Below the pieces are notes generated by a model, which saw nothing but the letters and a program-made list of their open reading frames with translations, did no database searches and was not told the DNA's origin. This document shows, piece after piece, positions 9,689 through 15,772 of a stretch of DNA of 64,000 nt (position 1 is its first letter; each line of letters begins with the position of its first letter). The stretch spans positions 10,790-74,789 of the forward strand of contig JAFUPC010000024.1 of NCBI GenBank assembly GCA_017481495.1. The letters are read 5' to 3'. Both the position numbers and the translations under genes were made by a program. The stretch comes from Clostridia bacterium. Its GTDB lineage: Bacteria; Bacillota; Clostridia; Oscillospirales; CAG-272.

Positions 9689-9894
9689 TATTGTGTTGCG
9701 CTGTGCGAACGTTTGCATATTGATATGCAAACCGGGGTTTTGTAGGGGATGCCTCAAAGGTTTCGCTTTGCGAAACCATGCTCCCGCGGTCACCGTGCAA
9801 CGGTGACGGTCACCGCACCGCGGTGACATATGGTAAACCTTTCAACGGTGCGAAAGATTTTCAGATCACCGGGCGCCTAATAGGCGCCCCTACA
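9689..9894. repeat. Nested-palindrome mosaic element, paired ends TGTAGGGG (9741) / CCCCTACA (9887)
   Basis: Contains module copy B (9700-9753), hairpins GGTTTCGCTTTGCGAAACC, GGTCACCG-n4-CGGTGAC and GTCACCGC-n4-GCGGTGAC, the 27-nt module GGTGCGAAAGATTTTCAGATCACCGGG, and GGCGCCTAATAGGCGCC. Confidence 0.85.
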
Positions 9895-9987
9895 AACACA
9901 GAAAAGGCAGTTCCTCGTCCTTTCAGTTAATTCCCACCCCATTTCCCCCGATTCCAAACATTTCCGCCCCACATTTACAATTTATAC

Positions 9988-10016
9988 TTGCTTTTTTCGT
10001 CATCTTATGATAAAAT
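9988..10016 (+). promoter_or_regulatory. Promoter candidate for aminopeptidase gene
   Basis: TTGCTT, 17-nt spacer, then TGaTAAAAT extended -10, about 45 nt upstream of the ATG at 10060. Confidence 0.45.
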
Positions 10017-10059
10017 AGTATCAATATGATTTTTTAATCCCGAAAAGGAGAAACCGACC

Positions 10060-11511
10060 ATGGAAGAAAAGATCCAGAACCCGGCCGAAGAAAAGGCTGA
10101 GGAAAAGAAGGAAGAAAAGACCAAAGGTCAGGAGCTGAAGGAAAAGCTGTTCTATGAGCAGAAGGACGCTTTCAACGGTCTGACAAAAGAGATCCGCGAT
10201 GCGGCGCAGGAATTCTGCGTTCCGTATGCAAAGTTTCTTGACAACGCCAAGACCGAACGCGAAGCGGTCAACGAAGGCGTGAAGATGGCGGAAGCGCACG
10301 GCTTTGTTCCGTACACGTTCGGTCAGCCCGTCAAGGCCGGCGACAAGTTCTACATCAACAACCGCGGCAAGTCCCTGCACGTTTTCGTCATTGGACAGGA
10401 GCCTCTTGAAAACGGTATCCGCATTTCCGCCGCGCACGTGGACTCCCCGCGCATCGACTTGAAGCAGCATCCTGTCTACGAGGACAATGGTGTCTGCTAT
10501 CTGAAAACGCATTATTACGGCGGCATCAAAAAGTGGCAGTGGGTCACAATTCCCCTGGCTCTGCACGGCACGGTCTGCAAAGGCGACGGCACGACCGTTG
10601 ACATCTGCATCGGTGAAGACGACAACGACCCGATCTTCTACATCACCGACATTCTCCCGCATCTGGGTCACGAGCAGAACGGCCGCCCGATGGGTTCTGC
10701 CATCGACGGCGAAAGCCTGAACATCGTTGTTTCCGCATCTCCCTATGACGACGAAAAGGCAGACCAGAAGTACAAGCTGAATTTCCTTGCCGCAATGTAC
10801 GACAAGTACGGCATCACTGAGCGCGACCTGATGAGCGCGGAGCTTTCCATCGTTCCCGCCATGAAAGCGCGCGATATCGGTCTTGACCGCACTCTCATCG
10901 GTGCCTACGGTCACGACGACCGCGTCTGCGCATATCCGATGATGCTTGCGACCGTGGAAGCGGAAAATCCCGTTCACACCCTCTACGCCATCTTTGCCGA
11001 CAAGGAAGAAACGGGCTCCGACGGTCCGACCGGTATGCAGGGCAGCCTGATGACCGACGTATTTGCCGACCTTGCGAACACGATGGGCGCGAACATCAAT
11101 GTCGTCCGTGCAAACTCCAAGTGCCTGTCCGCAGACGTCAACGCGGCATTCGACCCCAAGTTCGGCGGTCAGTTTGAAGCACGCAACTCCTCCTACATCA
11201 ACAAGGGCGTCGTCGTGACGAAGTACACCGGCGGCGGCGGCAAGGGCGGCACCAACGATGCTTCCGCAGAATATGTCGGCTACATCCACAACCTGCTCAT
11301 CCGCGAGGGCGTTCTGTTCCAGACCGGTGAGCTCGGCAAAGTCGATGCCGGCGGCGGCGGAACCGTTGCGAAGTTCATCTCCGCGCACAATATTGATACC
11401 ATCGACATCGGTGTTCCGGTCCTCTCCATGCACGCGCCGTATGAAGTGGTTTCCAAATATGATATTTACGAGACATACCGTTGTGTCAAGGCATTTAACG
11501 AGGACAACTGA
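10060..11511 (+). CDS. M18-family aminopeptidase
   Basis: 483 aa. Segments ISAAHVDSPRIDLK, YLKTHYYGGIKKWQW, GAYGHDDRVC, DKEETGSDG and LSMHAPYE match the aspartyl/M18 aminopeptidase pattern. Confidence 0.85.
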   Translation: MEEKIQNPAEEKAEEKKEEKTKGQELKEKLFYEQKDAFNGLTKEIRDAAQEFCVPYAKFLDNAKTEREAVNEGVKMAEAHGFVPYTFGQPVKAGDKFYINNRGKSLHVFVIGQEPLENGIRISAAHVDSPRIDLKQHPVYEDNGVCYLKTHYYGGIKKWQWVTIPLALHGTVCKGDGTTVDICIGEDDNDPIFYITDILPHLGHEQNGRPMGSAIDGESLNIVVSASPYDDEKADQKYKLNFLAAMYDKYGITERDLMSAELSIVPAMKARDIGLDRTLIGAYGHDDRVCAYPMMLATVEAENPVHTLYAIFADKEETGSDGPTGMQGSLMTDVFADLANTMGANINVVRANSKCLSADVNAAFDPKFGGQFEARNSSYINKGVVVTKYTGGGGKGGTNDASAEYVGYIHNLLIREGVLFQTGELGKVDAGGGGTVAKFISAHNIDTIDIGVPVLSMHAPYEVVSKYDIYETYRCVKAFNEDN

Positions 11512-11513
11512 TA

Positions 11514-11542
11514 TAAAAAAACCGCCTGCGGGCGGTTTTTTC
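11514..11542 (+). terminator. Rho-independent terminator after aminopeptidase
   Basis: AAAAAACCGCC-TGCG-GGCGGTTTTTT. Confidence 0.85.
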
Positions 11543-11547
11543 TTGCG

Positions 11548-11935
11548 TTCGCCCATTGGGCGAACGCGTCTTCACTGTGAACGTAAGCGAACAACTTCAC
11601 TTGCCCCAAAGGGCAAACTTCACGAAAAACATATATATGTTGTCAACATAATGAGCGGCGCACCCCGTGTCGTGTAGGGGAAGCAATCTGCTTCTCGCGG
11701 ATCTGTAAATCTCTCGCATTATGAAAGGATTTTCAAATCTGTCTTTCCGAGAAAGATGTGCTGAATGAACAGGAGCCTGATAGGATCCACTACAAATGCG
11801 GAGGATGCGGGTCTTCAATCTTTATGTTGACTGCATCTTTATGTGTTTCGGTGAAATTTGCTCCTTTGGGGCAAGTGAAGTTTTACGCTTCGCGTAAAGT
11901 GAAGTTGGTGGCAATGTCACCAGTGAAGCTTCGCC
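11548..11935. repeat. Large imperfect inverted-repeat element with inner TGTAGGGG (11683) / CCACTACA (11787) pair
   Basis: Left arm 11570-11625 (CTTCACTGTGAACGTAAGCGAACAACTTCACTTGCCCCAAAGGGCAAACTTCACG) is about 85% identical to the reverse complement of 11850-11903. The inner module GGAGCCTGATAGGATCC is present. Confidence 0.8.
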
Positions 11936-11967
11936 TGCAGCGAAGTTATTAAATTTTGCTATTTCTA

Positions 11968-11997
11968 TTGACAAGGAGACCCATATTGTGGTATGAT
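11968..11997 (+). promoter_or_regulatory. Promoter candidate for DUF3006 gene
   Basis: TTGACA, 18-nt spacer, then TGTGGTATGAT. Confidence 0.5.
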
Positions 11998-12027
11998 TAT
12001 GGTAACACCCCGAAAGGAGGATTCTCA

Positions 12028-12195
12028 ATGGAACCAAGAAATTACACCGTGATCAAAATCGCCGGTGAATACGCGACCCTGCGTGATGATGAAACGGGGG
12101 ACGAGCTGTTCATCGCGATGGCACTGTTGCCGGAGGGCACCGACATGGGTACCCGTCTGCATTACGAAATGCTGGAATATACAATTATTGAATGA
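12028..12195 (+). CDS. Small DUF3006-like protein
   Basis: 55 aa. ATG 12028 lies 8 nt after AAAGGAGG. The sequence YTVIKIAGEYATLRDDETGDELFIAMALLPEGTDMGTRL resembles DUF3006. Confidence 0.6.
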   Translation: MEPRNYTVIKIAGEYATLRDDETGDELFIAMALLPEGTDMGTRLHYEMLEYTIIE

Positions 12196-12204
12196 CGGTG
12201 TGTT

Positions 12205-12753
12205 TCATCCGCGCGTGGCGCGAATCACCCCGCACGCGATTTTTGCGCCGGAATTTCCCGACGGCTGGGTATGAAAATCGTCCGGGCCCTCATGGATGAT
12301 GACGGTACGGCCGATGATGTCGCGCACGGCAAACCGTCCTGTCAGGAAAACAGAAAACGCATTGCCGCGCACGCCGAAGAGCGGCGGCATATCGCCTGCG
12401 TGGTACGGGTGCGGACATCCGAACGGGTTATAATGTCCGCCAGTTTCGGGAAAAGGTTCTCTGTCAGAGAACGGTTCTCCGGCGGAGAACGGCTCTCCGC
12501 TTGTGCCGTTTGCGGCACAGCTGCCGCCCTCGTGGATATGGAACGCGAACACCGGCTGTTCGCACCGCTCGTCGGAAACGGGCAATCCCTCGATGTCTGC
12601 TGTGACAAGGACACCGGGGGGCGTATTGTAAAACCTTACAAGTCCGCGGATGTCGGGATATTTCATCCCTCCCATGATCTCCGCATATGCGGCGGGTCTG
12701 CGCCTGCCGAGTCCCGATAAGGACGGGAAACGGAAACGGTCGGAATACATCAA
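12205..12753 (-). CDS. sodC: Cu/Zn superoxide dismutase family protein, no signal peptide
   Basis: Metal-ligand pattern FAFHIHEGG, GGHYNPFGCPHPYHAGDMPPL and VIIHEGPDDF, ending GNSGAKIACGVI. GAGGTG RBS lies 8 nt before the ATG at 12753. Confidence 0.85.
   Translation of the reverse strand: MMYSDRFRFPSLSGLGRRRPAAYAEIMGGMKYPDIRGLVRFYNTPPGVLVTADIEGLPVSDERCEQPVFAFHIHEGGSCAANGTSGEPFSAGEPFSDREPFPETGGHYNPFGCPHPYHAGDMPPLFGVRGNAFSVFLTGRFAVRDIIGRTVIIHEGPDDFHTQPSGNSGAKIACGVIRATRG
12445..12500 (-). repeat. Short tandem coding repeat (GEPFS/REPFP units) inside sodC
   Basis: Plus strand shows reiterated GAGAACGGYTCTCC units; protein reads GEPFSAGEPFSDREPFPE inserted before the GGHYNP motif. Confidence 0.7.
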
Positions 12754-12812
12754 TCGAACACCTCACAGTTCTGGAATCTGGTTCAGTATATGCGGGGAGG
12801 GGGTAGAGGTAT

Positions 12813-12910
12813 GCTGTCAACTTAACATTGACAGCGTGATATATTTCCGCCTTTGGCGGGTGATATACGCCTGCGGCGTATGATATATTTCGTCTTTTGG
12901 ACGAAATATT
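12813..12910. repeat. GCTGTCAA-n7-TTGACAGC hairpin followed by three tandem TGATATA+hairpin units
   Basis: GCTGTCAACTTAACATTGACAGC, then GTGATATATTTCCGCCTTTGGCGG, GTGATATACGCCTGCGGCG and TATGATATATTTCGTCTTTTGGACGAAATAT, located in the sodC/DUF4838 divergent intergenic region. Confidence 0.8.
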
Positions 12911-12950
12911 ACTGAAAATATATACTTCTCATAACCCAAGGAGGTTCCTT

Positions 12951-14873
12951 ATGTCTCATCTTATTTTATCCGAAAATCATGTAACTGCGTACCGCATTAT
13001 CTGCGGGGATCCGTCTGACCCGGCGGTTGGAAATGCGGCGGCGGAGCTGGCATCTTATTTTACCAAAATTACCGGTGCGGAGATTTCCGTTGTTTCTCCG
13101 GATGTACCTGCCGCGGAATACGAAATCGTGGTCGGCATAGCACACGGGGCGGAAAGCATCATTGCCGATCTGACAGCACTGGGCGAAGACGGGTTTGTCA
13201 TTCGGGCGGTCGGGAAAACGCTGTATCTGACCGGGTATCATGGGCGCGGAACGCTGTATGCGGTATACGAATTTCTCGAACGGTTCGCCGGATGCCGGTT
13301 TTACGCATCGTATTTTGAGAAAATTCCGTCGCTTGATGCTTTTACGATTCCTGCGGACACCGATGTGCGGGAAACGCCCGTTTTTTCCGTGCGGAACACG
13401 TTCTGGGCGGACTACACGCACAACGACAGCTTCTGTGCCAAGCGGAAAGCCAACGGCCGCAAGTTCACGCCGATCGCACCTGAATGGGGCGGCTCCTCCA
13501 ACTGGGCGGGGCCTGCGTGCCACACGCTGTTTGACTTAGCGGAAATGGACCGTGCCGACGGACACATCAACCGCGAACCGTGTCTGTGCGACGAGCAGGT
13601 CTACGAGACCGTTCTGAAAAATGTCCGTGCGCGGCTGGATGCGCATCCCGGTGCGCGTTTTCTCTCGATCTCCCAGAACGACAGCGATGCGCGGGGGATC
13701 GGCTGTATGTGCGACAAATGCAAAGCACTTTTGGAGAAGACCGGCTCTTATGCGGGTTCCTACATTCTGTTTGTCAACCGCATCGCCGACGCCATCCGGG
13801 ACGATTATCCCGATGTCACCATCCACACCTTTGCCTACCGTTTCACGCGGAAAGCACCCATCGGTGTCCGTCCTGCGCCCAATGTCACGGTGGAAATGTG
13901 TACGATCGAGGGCTGCTTCCGCCACCCCTTGGACGAATGCGATGCCATTGACGACCCGTACATGAAGTCCGACACGTTCCCGGTGCTGGTACGCAAATGG
14001 TCTGCTCTGTCCGAAACGCTGTCCATCTGGGACTACACGACGGACTTTGCGCATTACAGTCTGACATTCCCGAACTTCGGCGTTCTGCGGCAGAATGTGC
14101 GCCTGTTTGCCGAAAACAACGCGAAATTCATCTTCGAGCAGGGCGCGTACACCTCCCGCAACGGCGAATTCTGCGAGCTGCGCGGGTATCTGTTCTCCAA
14201 ACTGCTGTGGAATCCCTACATGACGGAAGAAGAATACCGTTCTCTTGCCGATGAATTTATCGGGGATTGGTACGGTGCGGGTGCGGATGCCGTCCGGGAA
14301 TATCTCACCTTTGCGCACACCGTGACCAAAGACCACCACATGACCGTCTACGACCATCCGACGGTGCTGTATCCGAATGAGACCGTCACGCATCACGCCG
14401 ATGGTGACATTCCGCCGCTCACGCCGGACGACATCCGGGACTATCGGAACACCGACTTCTCGCCGTATCTGTTCTGGTACACGGAACTGATACCGAACCC
14501 GATTCTGCCGCGGGGTTATGCGCTGTTCTCCTCCGCTCTTGACCTGGAATCCGACCCCGTTCTGCGGGAGCATATTGAGACCTCCGCTTTGCAGGTACAG
14601 TATCTGCAGTCCTATTTCCTGCGCCAGCTGTACGACACGATGCGGGAAAATCTGTCCCGTGTCTTGTCCGCGGTCGGGTGCGACGATGCACGGAAAGCGG
14701 AAATTCTCGCGTATGTCATGGCGGACAAGGAAGTGGACTACCGCGCGTTCAATGAACGGTTATATGATGAGATGCTTGCGCACAACTGTACCGACATCCG
14801 CGAGGGATTCCGGCTGAGTGCATTTGACAAAAAGAATCTGCATTTTGAGAACACGGCACTGGGGTGGGTGTGA
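12951..14873 (+). CDS. DUF4838-like glycoside-hydrolase-related protein (cytoplasmic)
   Basis: 640 aa. ATG 12951 follows AAGGAGG. The N-terminal pattern AAAELASYFTKITGAEISVV...GFVIRAVGKTLYLTGYHGRGTLYAVYEFLERFAGCRFY is typical of DUF4838 proteins. Confidence 0.65.
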   Translation: MSHLILSENHVTAYRIICGDPSDPAVGNAAAELASYFTKITGAEISVVSPDVPAAEYEIVVGIAHGAESIIADLTALGEDGFVIRAVGKTLYLTGYHGRGTLYAVYEFLERFAGCRFYASYFEKIPSLDAFTIPADTDVRETPVFSVRNTFWADYTHNDSFCAKRKANGRKFTPIAPEWGGSSNWAGPACHTLFDLAEMDRADGHINREPCLCDEQVYETVLKNVRARLDAHPGARFLSISQNDSDARGIGCMCDKCKALLEKTGSYAGSYILFVNRIADAIRDDYPDVTIHTFAYRFTRKAPIGVRPAPNVTVEMCTIEGCFRHPLDECDAIDDPYMKSDTFPVLVRKWSALSETLSIWDYTTDFAHYSLTFPNFGVLRQNVRLFAENNAKFIFEQGAYTSRNGEFCELRGYLFSKLLWNPYMTEEEYRSLADEFIGDWYGAGADAVREYLTFAHTVTKDHHMTVYDHPTVLYPNETVTHHADGDIPPLTPDDIRDYRNTDFSPYLFWYTELIPNPILPRGYALFSSALDLESDPVLREHIETSALQVQYLQSYFLRQLYDTMRENLSRVLSAVGCDDARKAEILAYVMADKEVDYRAFNERLYDEMLAHNCTDIREGFRLSAFDKKNLHFENTALGWV

Positions 14874-14920
14874 AACGGTTTTGAAATATAATGCGGCATG
14901 ATGCAACATCATACGGTGAA

Positions 14921-15169
14921 TGCTGTCGACTAAACGGGTAACGATGTCGCTACTGTCTTACGCAATGCGATTTCGACGATTTTGTAAGGGCGGCAATTTG
15001 TTGCCCGGTGATTTGAAAATTTTTCACACCTTTAACAGCTTTTTGCCTATCAGGAAGGTAATTTGGGGAATTCTAACACGTTTTCATTAGATTCAATGAT
15101 CCGCGGGCGACAAATTTGCCGTCCCTATAAAATCGCCCGATCGCATTGCGCAATACAACACCGACATCG
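14921..15169. repeat. ~250-bp imperfect palindrome with degenerate TGTAAGGG / CCCTATA ends
   Basis: Arms 14943-15007 and 15104-15169 pair through GATGTCG/CGACATC, CGCAATGCGAT/ATCGCATTGCG and TGTAAGGGCGGCAATTTGTTGCCCG/CGGGCGACAAATTTGCCGTCCCTATA. The 27-nt module CCCGGTGATTTGAAAATTTTTCACACC sits at 15004-15030. Confidence 0.8.
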
Positions 15170-15261
15170 CCGCCCCCAAAACTCCCCACATCTCCTCCCC
15201 AATATTAACAAAAAATTTTCACTTGCGCCGTATCCCGGACAAATGATTCTGATATACTATA

Positions 15262-15772
15262 TGACAGTATATTCTGTTCGTTGTCTGCGTGCGGCGCAGC
15301 TTCATCCGCGGATTGTTGTCAGTTCACCGTCCGGTACGTTTTGTGGGCGGGAACACGGCATTCCCTTGTCCGGATGCGGCGGAGCCGATACGCTCAGGGG
15401 GCATATTTCCGTTCCTGCGCGCTGTTTTTCGCGATTTCAGCGGGATGGAACTCTGCCAAATGGAAAATCCTCTGCATCATCCTCCGGTGCGGCAGTCCGG
15501 ATCCGTCACACGGAACACCGTCTGTTTTCTGTGCGGATCATTCTTTGGACTGTCAGTCACACCGATTGCCTGTCACCGGATGAAACGGTCTGATGCGGTC
15601 ATTTCCGGGACCGGTGCTGTGTCCCGTCATTTGTTGGTTCTCTATTATTTTACAGATATAAAATTAAACAACGGATGCGATTCACAAATACACCAATGTA
15701 GGGTACAGAATATACCGATTGCAGTTATGTATATGTATCAAGAATTGAACGGAAAGGAAACAAACATCCATC
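15262..15772 (+). promoter_or_regulatory. Candidate long structured 5' leader or independent ncRNA upstream of rnj
   Basis: No credible CDS. TGaTATACT extended -10-like box at 15251-15259. About 300 nt (15289-15583) has no stop triplet in any forward frame while the reverse strand is stop-dense. CGGGAC-n9-GTCCCG hairpin plus T-rich tract at about 15607-15650. Confidence 0.3.

Noticed and set aside
9689-9894. Whether the hairpin-rich intergenic regions are CRISPR arrays.
   Set aside because: There is no constant direct repeat at regular spacing. The units are different short palindromes in inverted, nested arrangement, and no cas genes are present.
11597-11952. ORFs inside repeat elements: 11597-11818 (-), 11758-11952 (+), 54835-55176 (+), 9549-9800 (-) and 58425-58649 (-).
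   Set aside because: They are composed of palindromic repeat modules, lack RBS and homology-like features, and their reading frames are an automatic consequence of the repeats.
15262-15640. Possible RNase P RNA, tmRNA, SRP RNA or cobalamin riboswitch, given the ~380-nt size.
   Set aside because: No GGAAAGTCC / ACAGAA...GGCTTA RNase P core on either strand. No tRNA-like GGGG...TTCGA...CCACCA ends for tmRNA. No SRP domain IV motif and no GCCACTG B12 box. The identity remains unknown.
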